This document shows positions 37,772 through 50,638 of a DNA stretch of 64,000 nucleotides, in pieces (the stretch's first letter is position 1; every line of letters starts with the position of its first letter). A model generated the notes under the pieces. It saw only the letters and a program-made list of their open reading frames with translations, did no database searches and was not told the origin of the DNA. The stretch spans positions 11,718,001-11,782,000 of the forward strand of contig CM102285.1 of NCBI GenBank assembly GCA_046563655.1. The letters are read 5' to 3'. This DNA comes from Yuukianura sp. NJ FZ-2021. Its lineage: Eukaryota. Both the position numbers and the translations under genes were made by a program.

Positions 37772-38050
37772 GATTTAGAAATCGTTCGTGCGTAGAATTT
37801 AGTTGAACTTTATCAGTTAAGAGTTAAACCCGCAATCAAATGTGTGTCTCACACTCACACTACTGTATTGTTGTACTGCTTATCAAGGCCCTTACTTTAC
37901 CAACTTTCGGTAGTTAACTACCGAATTTAAAGCAGGAGATTGGACTTGATTCTCCGAATTCCTACTCAATCACAGGTGTTTTAGGTGTAAAAACTGTTAT
38001 CTGTATTAAATCTGTGTTGTTCCGCAGTTGCTTTTGTTTACAAAGCATTA

Positions 38051-38874
38051 CAGTTGCTGCCCACCACACTAAACTAGGTACCGTAGACTCATCTGCTAAC
38101 TTGAAAAACTTTTTTCTCCTTTAAAATGAGTACACGGTGGAATCATACTAAACTCGGTACCCAACTGAATTAATATGTATTTTATATTAATATAGTACAT
38201 TAAACATTACCATTACAGTTTAGTATACCATTACAGTTTAGTATCCCAGATACGGATCCTTCCTTGTTGTATGTTAAAATTTGACATTTTTCAATTAACT
38301 TTTCCATGCCCCCAGAACACTAAAGTCTATAGCCTTCGCGAAAATCTTAAAGGATACAGATCCATTTGTGTACCTTTCGTACCAGGAATTGCATCTTGGA
38401 TACAAAACTCGGTATGCAATATGGCACTAAGCCTAAACTTAGTTATCTAAGATTTGTGACGAAACTGTGAAGTTGATTCTTAATGTAATTTGGCGTTACA
38501 CATGGTTAATTGAGATATGTGAAAACTGGGTTTTCAAGAAAGGTTCATGTACTAGGTGTTATTCAACTACAGTCGGCTATTTAGTACCCTTCAAAATCTA
38601 AAGTTAGCACGTCCAGGAGCACGACTAAGCCCCCAGACAAAATTTCGAAGATCCCCACAGTGAGATTTTTTAGCGCAGGATCGATTAGAGCAAGCCGGAG
38701 CGTTGTTGGACGAACGGTACGCCTGCGTGAGGGGTACCAAACTGGCTATCCGAGGATATAATCTTAGGTATCCTGTATACAAACTTAGGTATCCTGGATA
38801 TTAAACTCGTTATCTGTCGAAGGTACCGGATTTATTATGCAGGCTACTGACTTTAGTCTGCTAGGCAGCAACTG
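38051..38874. mobile_element. Non-autonomous TIR element (MITE) flanked by TTA on both sides; PIF/Harbinger-like by TSD
   Basis: TIRs CAGTTGCTGCCcacCAcACTAAA / TTTAGTcTGctaGGCAGCAACTG. TTA at 38048-38050 and 38875-38877. Internal AAACT(C/TA)GGTA subrepeats; no transposase ORF. Confidence 0.7.
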
Positions 38875-39351
38875 TTAGAAAATCTCACTTTCTCACTTGC
38901 CACATTTTTTCTTAAGGAGAGAAGAGGAAGGAACAGCAAGAAAAATTCGGCAACCGGGCTTTAAGGGGCAGAATTGAATTTCTTGAGCTCATTTGCATAA
39001 GTCAAATTAGAGCAGCACAAGTTATTGAGTGGGTGGTCCACTTACATATTCCACTTAAAATGTGTCATACCGTATTTTCCCAAATAGTACACCCGGTGTA
39101 CTAATTTTGTTTTCGACTTCTGGGGGTGGTGTACTATTAGGGACCTGGTGTACTATTAGGGACGGTGTATTAATTCTTTTTTCCAAAAAGCATATTATTT
39201 TTTACTAACCTCTCATTGAAATTACGCACGAAATATTCGAATTTTGCTTGCAAAAATTTTAAAGAAGCCTCTAAATGATGTGTATTTTGTAGAATTATTT
39301 GTGTAGAAACAAGATAGAAAGAACATTAATGTTTTTTCTGTTGTATTTAAT

Positions 39352-39542
39352 AAGTGTTGGTGGATATCCACTTTTTGAGAATTTCGTACAGGACATATCC
39401 ACTGGATAAATGGATAAATCCGGATGAAATCCAGTTTCAGATGGACGAAATTGAGTTTCGTCCGGAAGAAACCAAGAAAATCCGGATATATCCACCACTT
39501 TTGAGGCAAGTGGAGAAGAATTTTATCCATCCACCAACACTG
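39352..39542. mobile_element. hAT-type MITE nested in the TA-flanked MITE
   Basis: TIRs (a)AGTGTTGGTGGAT / ATCCACCAACACTG. Perfect 8-bp TSD TATTTAAT at 39344-39351 and 39543-39550. Confidence 0.85.
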
Positions 39543-39591
39543 TATTTAATTAAATATAGCTAAACTTTTCCAGTAGGCAAAGGCATATACT

Positions 39592-39814
39592 CAGGGTTGC
39601 TGGAAATCCACTTTTTCGATATTTCGTCAATGGGTGCGCATATCAAGAGACGGTTTAAAATGCAAATAAATTATTTTATAATAGTTAACTTAAATTTATT
39701 TGAACTTCGCTGAATTTTTAATTTGTTGTATTCACCGTCCACTACAACCCCATTTATTCTACTGGATATCCGGATGGATTAAGCCACTGGATGTTTAAGC
39801 ATACAGCAACACTG
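39592..39814. mobile_element. Second, more degenerate hAT-type MITE nested in the TA-flanked MITE
   Basis: Ends CAGGGTTGCTGGA / CATACAGCAACACTG. Flanks GGCATATACT and GGCATACT form a degenerate 8-bp TSD. Internal sequence resembles 48833-49231. Confidence 0.75.
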
Positions 39815-40806
39815 GGCATACTCCTTGGGTGTATTACCAAAGACCAAATACCCGGTGTACTATTGGAGACCCGGTGTACTATTTGGGACGGTGTACTAAT
39901 TAATTTTTGGGGCCCCGACCCCGGTGTACTATTAGGGACCCGGTGTACTATTAAAGTACGGTGTACTATTAGGGAAAATACGGTATCTATCAACAAACAA
40001 ATTAAACTAAGTATAATATTAAAATAACTATCACTTTCACTCCAGTTAGTGTTGAACTACACATCGCTCACTATCAACTGCATCAATACTCACTTTATAA
40101 TAACCCCTTTTAATCTGTTTTTATATAGCACATAGCTCCAAAATTTATAAAAAGTCCTAAACCGGAAGTCGATACGCCGTCGCTCCTGTTCCACGTTCAT
40201 TTTGTTCTTTCTCACTCTCTGAGGTAACCCCTTCTTAAAAATCAGCAGGTTATTAGGTCATTGGTCGATTTCGGGATTAACGGTAGAGTTTTTTGAGTTC
40301 ATTCGTTTAAGTAATTGAACGTGACATAATTCTCAAATTATAATTCAAGGTTCTATTTCTTTTTGATTATCAGCTCAAACTCAAAGTCAAACAAAGTCAA
40401 TCCGGCCTGTAAAACGTTTCGTCGTCCCATTTTCATCTGCTGGAATACGCCATCCTAGCAATCTAAACGCGGCTAAATCTACGAAGACGGCCGACTGTCG
40501 CACGCCTAACTCACAGAAAGTAAATTGCAAATTATCAATTGAATCGAACGCCGATTTGGGTGATTTTTGGTACTTGTAAAAAACTGCAATTATGGAGAGT
40601 GGGACGGAACGAGTTTCCCATAAAATTTTTTACGGTCCATTGTTTGATAAGTTTGTTTGTAATTTTTCTTTACTTTTTCTTTTAAAGGAAGCCAGAGCAA
40701 GTGAAGACCAAAACTTCATTTACACTGCCGAATCCATATCAATAATTAATCGATTACTTCGCTCCAAGAAACTTCGTGCTCAAAAAACAACACAAAATCA
40801 CAAAGT

Positions 40807-42414
40807 ATGGGGAATTTGCTAAGGCTTTTGTCTCGAGAAGACTGTTGCTCTCCGCAGAAGTATGACATTTTTCTGGATTTTGAGAGTAAGTTGAAGTTAG
40901 TAAATACTTATGAGTTTAGTACATTGACAATGGGAGTTTCCCCGAATTTTAACTTAATGATTCCTTACAGATGCTCAACCTACTGATGCTGAGAAGCCAA
41001 TCTACGATGAGGCTCAAGTGGTTTTGGAACGAGCTCACCGAATACTACAGGAGTTGCAAGATTACAAAGGAGCTTCTCAGGAGATACGAAAAGCAATCGG
41101 GACACCAGGTTAGATTCGAAGATGCAAACTTATAAATCCTATATAAATCTGGAATGATTATCTCAGATGCTGAAACGGAGAGACACGCCTGGGAAGCTGT
41201 GTTGCCATTAGTCTCAAAATTGAAAGATTTTTACCTCTTTTCCAAGGAACTGGGTAATAACGTCATCTTCTTACAGATTTACAGAGTTCTTAGACGTATC
41301 TTGGCAATGTACCTCACATTTTAACATTGACTTTGCTTGCAGAAAAACTCGTACCTAAAATCTTGCTTGAGCTGTGTTCTGGTTCTTTGAGTGTTCACGA
41401 ACATTTGGAATCACAACAAGCGCTGGTAAAGCAGTTTGCAGAAATATTGGAATTTACCTTGAAGTTTGACGAGTACAAAGTAAGTTTAAGTTATAAAAGA
41501 CTAGAAGCTTCAGCCCCACCTATTTGAGTAATTTGTGAACCTTTTTTGTAATTTTAATTTTAGATGACAACCCCAGCAATCCAGAATGATTTGAGCTACT
41601 ATCGCCGTGCTCTCTCACGTCAGCGCTTAGATGAGTGCCCGCCAAATGTTCCAACGTTACCATTAATGCCATCTGAAGACATGCCCGTTAGCTCGGAACT
41701 AGGTAACTTTAATTCCAACTGGAGTAAATGTGCTTGTCGAATTTGGCAGGACGTTAACTCAATTAGTTGTTTTTTAGCCAACTGCATGTCGTTATTCTAT
41801 GCTCAAGCGACACCAATGCTCCGAGTCCTCAGTGATTCCACCTCGAGATTTGTTTCTGAGCATAAAGAAGTCGATGTTCAGCAAACCACTGAGACGTTGG
41901 GAATGATGAGCGCAGTTTGTCAAAGAATGTTAGAGACGACGGGTAAAAATCTAACTAACATGATTTTCACGATAATTCGAATGTAAGTTTTACTGGTTTT
42001 AAAAACTAATTCCAGGACTAATTTCACGTTACCAACGAGAAGAGACCCAATTGTTCGTGCTGCGAGTGATGGTGGGTCTTGTCATTCTTTACGACCATGT
42101 TCACCCTGTAGGAGCATTTGTTAAGGCCTCGGATGTTGATGTAAGTTGTTGGCATGATTGAAAAAAGTAACTTTCGTTTTTGTAAAAATTTCATTTTTGC
42201 GTTTCAGGTGAAAGGCTGCGTCAAGGTTTTGAAGGAACAACCGACATCTCAGTCAGAAGGACTTCTCAATGCTCTGCGGTATATACTTCTTTTTCCATTG
42301 TTTTTTAACATAAACATGATGATCATATTCTTGGAAAAACTTTATAGATATACCACCAAGCACTTAAATGATGACTCTACTCCGAAGCAAATTCGAACAC
42401 TTCTGGCTGCCTGA
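40807..42414 (+). CDS. FAM49: FAM49/CYRI (CYFIP-related Rac1 interactor)
   Basis: [26 protein letters not shown] (myristoylation/palmitoylation-type N-terminus), [56 protein letters not shown] and [22 protein letters not shown]. Multiple short introns. Confidence 0.95.
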
Positions 42415-43253
42415 ACCACAAATTCGAATCACAAATTGAAGTGACACAAGTTATATTAATTGCTTCTCAATAACTTCTCTTATTGTTAATTGTTATTATC
42501 TTTTCCTAACCATTTTGAGATTCCTTACTCCTTTCCCATAATATTAGCTTAAGAGTATCATCTTCAATGTGACCTTTGCCATAAACTTTTTCATGACGCC
42601 TTGCGCAATACGCCGTCACAGGCTTGATTGAAAACTGGCAGAAATACAAATCCGACATTTAAGTTCCTAATTTAACGGTTGTTTGCGCCTAAAGATAGCT
42701 CCCAGTTTAACTTAAATTGTTTGACCACCGTTTCAATCACAATTTGAGACGATTACTAAAAGTTAAGAGTGATGATAGCCAGTACTTTTCGTCCGCCTTT
42801 CTGCAAAAACATAAACTACTATTTAACAATAGTCACAATGCAAACAAAAACGTTTGAGTTATTTAGTCAGTTGTGGTGTCTTAAAATGCTAGAAGGACTT
42901 GCCTGTATTAGGTTTAAATTGTAATGCATTCCAATGTCAGTAATTACTAGAATTTTAGTGAAAATAATCCTTTTGTCCGATTTCTTTCCAATATTGCTTA
43001 TTTCAACAAAATTAAACCTATCCAATGTGATAGTTAAATTAACATCGATCCCTCCTACAGGAATGGCTTCTTGAGAAATTGACGTTACACGTTAACAATG
43101 CAATGTTGATGGGCGTTAATAAAATTATCATGCAGGAGTTCTACTGAATTGAACAGCATGGTGGAATTTTTTAATTTTGTTTTCAACCAAAACAGTGTTA
43201 CGAAATGTAGCCTATTTTGATTATGAAGTTGCGTAAAAAGAAGTACTTACCAC

Positions 43254-44404
43254 TTAAGTAGATTCCTCCGAGTCCGAAGTTGATGTTGGCGCAGTAGGTG
43301 CTGGTTGTCGAAAGGTTTTGGATCTGTAGTACTTGAGTTCATTGATGGAATCTTCCAAATCAGCGATTGTTTTGTGAATGTAGCGCTTTTCAGGGAGATC
43401 ATTGTACTCTTTGGGATACCAACGCCGTACCAACTCTTTAACAGTGCTGACATCGATGCTAAGATTCACAACGAACATATCAATAGTAACAAGTAAACCT
43501 GTAATTTGAGATAATTTGCTTGCTAACCTTCTGTAATGGATATGGTAGTAAGCCAGGGGCATAAACTTCTGTAGAAATATTCTGTCGTAGGTGAGAGAGT
43601 TCCCACCCAAAGGACAAACGCCTGTTGACAATCGCAGAAAGAAAATCAAGGACATGAAAAACCGAAGTTGACGGCATAATACGAGGTCATTTCGTTTCAT
43701 TTACCAGCTTCAGTATGTTGTTGCAAGAAGGTCAACAATGTGTTTTCAGCCTCAGAAGTAGTCAATGTACTATTCCTACAGGCTTCGGTGAGGCCACTCT
43801 GGAAATCATAAAAAATAGTTATGAAATTGGCAAGTTCCGGTCCAGAAAGTGTTCATCGTTTAAGACAGTGTCACTTACATCCCCATGATGTGAAGTACAC
43901 CATGCATCCATCGAATCCAACAGGGTTCCGGGTACATTGAGAATCAGTTCAGGAAGTCTAGCCACCTCATCCAAGTTGGGTCCAGTAATGATGCAGCCAA
44001 TCTCCATTATGACGTCTTTTGTTATATCTAGGCCTGTCATCTAGTACATCGAAAGAAAAATCGCTTAAACAAATGTTCTTTGATAGTTAATCAACTTAAA
44101 AATTAGGAGAATTTACTGGTAACTGCATTACCTCCAAGTCCATCCAAATGATCGGCGTATTACAGGGAGCGTTCGGTGCCATTTTTTCAAAGGGCTTCGC
44201 TGAAATTACGTTTGCGTCAGGAGTTAACATCTTTGAAATTAATGCGTTCTTCGGCCTCCTTGTGTACTTGTCGTTGTCACGCTGATTTTCCCCGTCGTCC
44301 TTTTCAGTTGGTGCTGTCACTACTGGTGAATGGAATACTACCGGTGAATTGGTTTTGGAAATGTTAAGTACCTTAAGCAAATAGGAAGGGATTCGCTTAA
44401 GCAT
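43254..44404 (-). CDS. REXO2: Oligoribonuclease (DEDDh exonuclease) with an N-terminal extension, possibly a mitochondrial targeting sequence
   Basis: IIWMDLEMTGLD..KDVIMEIGCIIT, MDAWCTSHHG, LGGNSLTYDRIFL, HYRSIDVSTVKELVRRWYP and H...DLEDSINELKYYR. Confidence 0.93.
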
Positions 44405-45374
44405 TGAAACAATTGGTCGCTGAACAATTAAAACCTGTTAATTGGTGATCTTCCTGTTTGCTTCTTCAGATGGAGGGGAGGTTATTTATTGACGTATTTG
44501 GCGTAAATTACACTGCGACTGCAGTCCGGACCTTTCTGATTAGTTCACCGGTTCACCCAAAAACGCAAACGATTATAAGCAAGGAAACGTGCCATGTAAT
44601 GGACTTCGGCACGCAAACTAATGACCTAATTAATCAATTCTCTTTCAATCAACCTATTCATTTAAACAACTTCAAAATTGTTTTACAAGTTTTTAAAAAT
44701 AAAAATATTTTGAATTAGTAGTCTTTCTTAAAAAAGCCCCATAGAAAACCAAGATTTAAAAGTTTCAAAAATTCAACTCTTGTTTTCCCTCTAATAAGAC
44801 ATTTTTGCGACTTTCCCTAGCCTTGGCATAACTTTACGTAACGGTAACGCACAGCGCATAGATATGACCTGAACTTGAGCAAGGACTAAAACTACTAAAA
44901 TAATTCCGAAGAATTCATGGGTTTTCACAATTTTAAATTTTTTTATTGGGTTTCAAATTTTTTTACACTGGATAATCTACATAATGCCCGATTGAAGGAT
45001 AGGCTTTCTTGGCTCTAGCTGGCTTTAAAATTAAGTAAATCACATAATACCTAATTTCTAAATAAGTTTGTTGTTACTGAAGCTAACATACAACTTCGCA
45101 ACAGGTAATGGTGAAAAGAAGAGAGCAATAGAATAGAGCAATATTATATTTACATCGATCGATAAGTAAGAAATACAGCGACAAGACAAACTTGTCCGGC
45201 AACATTCGAGTTGATCCAGCCCCATCTAAATGCCCTACAAAGAGAATATGTGAAATACTTCAATTTTTGATTTTTTTTTGATTTTTCGTTATTTTTTTCC
45301 CTTAAATTCTTAACATCCGAAGAATGAAGTATCCTAGAGCCAGCGAGCAATGCATGCATTAGATTGATCCAGTT

Positions 45375-47445
45375 TTAGTTGGACTGAGGGAACAGCGTGT
45401 TCAAGATGTTTTCAATGTTTCCGCCTTTCTGTACGACAAGACGAGCCAGTTCTCCATTATGATTCGAAAATCCCATGCTGAGAAGCTGATTCAAAACCTG
45501 AGTTTGTTGTTCATTCAGGTTCACGGGCGGGTACACAAACGGCTGTTGCACTGGACGCGCCGGAGCCCATGGCATGGAGGCAGGAATATTGCGAGCGACG
45601 TTCTCAACAACATTCGTGATGCCAGATACAATTGGGGCAAAAGCCTGAGGCAACGGTGGATACATTGCCTGTGGTGGCGATGGTTGCGGAGCAACTGGAT
45701 TTGGATGTGCAACCACGGAAACGGGTGCTGGCGCAGGAGAAAATGATGCAAGTTCTGGTTCTGGAACGACCTGAAGAACCGCTTGAGCCGGTACTGGTGG
45801 CTTCGGCGTAGCCTTGATGACCGGAGCCGGAGTCACAGCAGCCTGTGATGTATTGGCGACCGGCAAGTCGGCTTCAACAGAAATTGGAATTTGACGAAAT
45901 ACTTTCGTCTCACGCCCTTGTTCCAATGCTTGCCCAACATTCGAACCTTCCTTCTTGATCGTTTTGTCAGCATTGTCGTTCTAAAAACACAGACAAAATC
46001 ATGACTTATTTGTTGAATGATGAGATTTGACAAAAAACGTTACACTCACATTCTCCACCAGCGTCCAATCGGAGTCTCCTTCGCCTTCCGGAGTGCGAGA
46101 TGCATTAGTTCCAGATCCTGATGCAAGCAAAATCAAATCCTCGCTGATCGTCGAACCACTGTCACTGACATCTCGAGACAGATTCAATGGAGCTTCGCTA
46201 CGAATATTCAGTTCTTGGAACTGCTCCGTAATTTCTTCCTGCGTATTAGCGACACCATTAACCGTGGGATGTACTCTCTCCGATGGAGCAACTCCCTCAT
46301 TTCCATCAGTGGGGCCAGTAGTTGTTCCAGAAGTCGCGCCATTGACGTTGTCATTCGTCGGTGCCGTCTCTGCCTGTGACCCAGTCGTCCCGGTTCCAGA
46401 TCCACCCCATTCTTGGTATAGGGTTACAACGTCAATAGGTAATCCTATGAATCATTCACCGAAGGTTATCTTTATCGTGATTAGAAACTGCTGTCGCACT
46501 AAGTACATCACTGAGGTATTACCTCAGTATGCATTACAAATGTAATTCAGATGGGCGAAAGGCGAAACGTTAGTAAATTCTGAATTGTTTTATGGGATAC
46601 TTAATATTCATTCTGTCGGGACATACCAAAAGCATTCAAAAATTCTTGAATTTGCGAAGCAGCAGCGGTCATGTCCAAAGGCGCAGCACCACTTCCAGCG
46701 GCTGCTTGTCCACCTCCCGCAGAACTTCCCTCTCCTGCACAGCGTCCATGTGCCTGCGCAGTCTTCTTGAATGTTTTACTCCATTTCTTCCACTCTTTAC
46801 GCCCCATTTGGTATGGGCACCATGTGGGCTGTTTCGGCTCGTCACTGGATTCGGGTGAAGACTGGCTCTGGCTATGGCGTTGACGTCCTCGAAATCGACA
46901 TTGCTTCTTGTCATGCCGAAATCCTCCGCAAGAGTGATGGTTATCTCCACCCTCATGTTCATAGTGTTGTCCGAAAGGAAAATTCATTTCCGGGGTTCCA
47001 ACAGTTGGGATATAGCGCTGAAATATTTCGAATTCTCAGGGTAAATCTGCTACAATTACAATAACCTTGAAAATCCCAATATACAAAAGATTGAACATAC
47101 CTTGATCGCTTCAGCTGCCATTTCTGGGAATGGAATCCGCATCATAATATGCCCAGCGTGAAGCCCTCTGCGTTCGCAAGTCGAGCACAAGTCATAATCA
47201 ACACATTTCATGCACTTGTATCGGAATCCGAAGATTCCGCCATTACACGCATCACAAACGACTCCAAGATGCTCTATACGATGCGAAAAGGTAGCTCCGT
47301 CCCCCGAATTGATACTTCCAGATGCGCTTGGAGTTGGAGTTGGCGGTGCAGGTTGTTGACCTTGACCGTGATCCGTTTGAGTTTGTCCTTGAGACGTCAT
47401 TTGTCCATTTGGATTTTGATTTTGAACCCAAACACCAAAATCCAT
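45375..47445 (-). CDS. SQSTM1: Sequestosome-1 / Ref(2)P-like autophagy receptor (ZZ-LIR-UBA; ~578 aa), no PB1 seen
   Basis: Exons 47445-47101, 47017-46627, 46444-46050, 45980-45375 join in phase. ZZ finger HLGVVCDACNGGIFGFRYKCMKCVDYDLCSTCE..GLH..H, LIR DSDWTLV and p62-type UBA LNQLLSMGFSNHNG.LARL...GGNI..ILNTL. Confidence 0.85.
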
Positions 47446-48832
47446 TGTTTCTTGTTCTCTGTCGTTAAAACTGGCTGACCTCGAGATTAACCAATTACTA
47501 ATTTAAACCTAACCTCCCAAATATTGTTTTACATCCAAACGACTAAGGATTACCTGCTGTTAACTACCAAGTTAGGTTAGTTAGATCAGAAGATGTTATT
47601 CCGTCGAAACCAAAATTACAACTGGAGTGGAAAGCTTCAAGCCTTCAGCTTCTACTTATGCGGAACAGTGCTTCACTTTGTGTTCGGATCTCCTAATAAA
47701 GTGATTAAATTTTTAGTTCAAATATCCGCAGTGTCATTCTCTGTAAGTCGGGGAAACGTTCGTTTACCTGTGACTAATCAATCCCTGGCTGTGTCGAGTG
47801 TCTTCCTTCGACTTTCACGCTACTTGGCAAAGGCCCGTTTCGTCGTTTCCTCTTTTATTCAGTTTATTCCAATGAATTCGTTTTCTCACCAAAAACGCAA
47901 GTCATGTCCTAATATCCTCCTATTGCTGGCTAAATAGGCACATAACTCATAATCATATGACTGAGATGAGCAAACTTCGGCACTTCTCACTGCGTTCCAA
48001 TCTCATCATTAAGCATGTTTTCGACATATCGAGAAAATTTATTGCAAGCTGGGTTCCTTAGGAAAAACCAAGAATCTAATCCCCAGTCTTTGAGGAAAAC
48101 CAGCAATCAAATTTGTGTTCTCAGCAGTCTAACCAACCTAATCTCAATCTTAACTAAACCTTGATTATTACTACAAATTATTGCATAAATTCCCGTATTT
48201 ACTGGTACATTTAGTAACCTTGTAATCATAGGCCGTGAAACGTTTTTTTTTTTTTTGACAACTTACTTTTGAAGTAAGGGACACTGAGCAAACATATGTC
48301 TTGTCTTGTCAATATTACTTTGCGGCCATTGGATAAATCTATCATCCTAGTAATTACTAATAATGCCAAAAATATTTAGTTACCATGCGTGTAGTGTCAA
48401 CAAAATCAATATTCCAGGTCTTTTTGTTACTAAATATTTATTTATTTACTCAGGACTTTAATGTTAAGTTCGTAAATATTTTGAGCTTTTTGAGTAAATT
48501 TGTATTGATTGAAACATTTCCCTGATTTTTGGTTTTTAGTAAATATTTTTGGCATGTCTGGGTAACTGAACATTCTAAAAAAAACTAAGTCTGCCCTTTG
48601 AGATGAGAATCACAATTCTAGTGACACGTTTCCGAATCCTTCGCAAATCTTCGGATGGAAAAGTGCCGACGTCTGGAACCTCAACCCTATAGGCACGGCC
48701 AAATAGTATTAAGCATAGCGGATAGTTGGGTGCCGTACATTTACTACACACCTCCCTGATTCTGGTGGATTCGTCTTGTAAACAAAAACATTTTCATATG
48801 CGCCTGCGTTCATCACTACCGTACTTTGTACC

Positions 48833-49231
48833 CAGTGTTGATGGATATCCACTTTTTCGACATTTCATCCACGGCTGGATATCCAGTGGAAGAAATGGAC
48901 GAAACGGATGAATCCAAAGGGGCGGAGCTTTGCCTGCAGGGTATGCATAATTTGATAATAAAGATCGGGAAGAAATCAAAAACAAAACAAAAACAACCGG
49001 AAATTGTGGTAAAATAAGTTCTAATAACAACCCCAATTAAGTAAAAGCGGTTTAAATACTTAATTAAAGTGTTTCCTATTATTTAATTTAAATTTATTTG
49101 AAATTCGCGCTGAATTTTCAAACTCAGCTGATTTCTTCCATCCATCGTCCAGAAGGGCCCCATTTCATCCACTGGATATCCAGTGGAAATGGCAATTAAG
49201 CCACTGGACGTTTAAGCATCCAGCAACACTG
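48833..49231. mobile_element. hAT-type MITE (same family as the 39.3-39.8 kb copies)
   Basis: TIRs CAGTGTTGATGGAT / ATCCAGCAACACTG. Perfect 8-bp TSD TTTGTACC at 48825-48832 and 49232-49239. Internal TGGATATCCA palindromic subrepeats. Confidence 0.9.
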
Positions 49232-49819
49232 TTTGTACCCAGTGGCGATGCGTCATTGATCACTGATAAACAGATACCAAGCCAAACAATAGGAAATCTC
49301 ATGATTCATGAACACAAATAGCAGAACAAGCGAACTTCTTAAAATTGCTTCTATGATTTGCAAGTCACGTAACTTTTTTTATGAAACGTGTGGTGGCGTG
49401 GTGTACATTGTACAAACTCTATGAAATGGATACTATCGATTATTTTTCTTAATGCCAACTTGTGGCAGCTGGATTTAAGAAAGAGTAGATTAGTAATTCG
49501 CTGTAAGAATTCAAATAATATAATAGCACAATGGCAGTTACAGGTTGATCTCAGTAAGTAGTCCTGCAAGTTGCCGACCAGTTATTTCAATCCCTTTAGC
49601 TCCATAAGATGCTTCTACCAAAGAACAAAGCAGTGTCTCCGTTTGTTACTGTTTTATAATCATTTTTTTTTCAGTTACAAATAAAGCCGAGCTGGTGTTT
49701 CGCACACATCACGCACGCGCATCCCATTAAGAGTATTCGGCAATCGGCAGACGACAAAAGAGGAGCAACTAAAAATATCTGGCTAAATAAAGGCTAGGAT
49801 TAGGATTGTCTGTTATGAT

Positions 49820-50638
49820 CAGGCCTGTCAAAAATATGTGCTAAAAACCACCAAAATATTTATTTAAATATGTATCAAAAACCGTGAAATATGGACTAAC
49901 ATATTTACTAAAAGTTCAATATTTATTACTTTTAAAAAGGAATCGAAAAATTCCTGATGCTTTTAAGCCTGTGAAACTATGAATACACATTTATGTGTTT
50001 GTCGGATAAAGCATGTAGGGCACGGCAGAACAATGCACGACGTAACCGTGAATTGTATTATTCCTTGAACCTGAGCTATGTGCGTCAATATAGACTCAGG
50101 CATACTTGCCACCGACAAAATCGACACGGCAAATTAAAATGCGGATAATGTTTTTTTTTCGGATTCGGGTTTTGTTTCGGCTGACACGAACTCACATTCA
50201 TTGGTCTATGAAAAGTATAAGGGGATACTTAATACAAAAATTAAAACATTAAAACAAACCTAAAACAGGATTAGTTGGGGAAAAACATTTCTCATTGCAT
50301 CCGCTTTTCTCATTGCATCATTACAAATACTGTGGCGTACTTTCACGCGCTGTAACAGAACGGGCGAAGTTCTGGTTTACTTTGACCGGCTACCTTTCTA
50401 GAAACCGCCATTTTTACCGATCAAACGGATCGCCGCCCAGACATAGGTTAGGTTTACGAAAAAGTCCGAAAAGTCTTGACGAAAAAGTCCGAAAACTGTC
50501 ATTTTTCAGTTGTTTTTCACAAAAAAGCGAAAATATGTACGTAAATATTTACTAAAAACGTAAATATTTTTTTCCGTCGAAAGCGCCCGAATATTTAAAA
50601 AATATGTTGTATGTAAGTACATATGTTTGACAGGCCTG
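49820..50638. mobile_element. hAT-type MITE (second family)
   Basis: TIRs CAGGCCTGTCAAAAATATGT / ACATATGTTTGACAGGCCTG. Perfect 8-bp TSD GTTATGAT at 49812-49819 and 50639-50646. Confidence 0.9.

Larger units (their letters stand above)
39070..39983. mobile_element. TA-flanked MITE (Tc1/mariner-pogo superfamily-like) with subterminal GGTGTACTATT repeats
   Basis: TA-CCGTATTTTCCCAAATAGTACACC ... GGTGTACTATTAGGGAAAATACGG-TA, with several CCCGGTGTACTATTAGGGA subrepeats near both ends. Confidence 0.85.

Noticed and set aside
39222..40027. ORFs within the MITE cluster as possible transposases
   Set aside because: Short, repeat-derived and without DDE or other transposase motifs.
48340..48565. Possible further TIR element (ATGCCAAAAATATTTA / TAAATATTTTTTGGCAT)
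   Set aside because: Only a partial AT-rich inverted match, with no definable left end or TSD.
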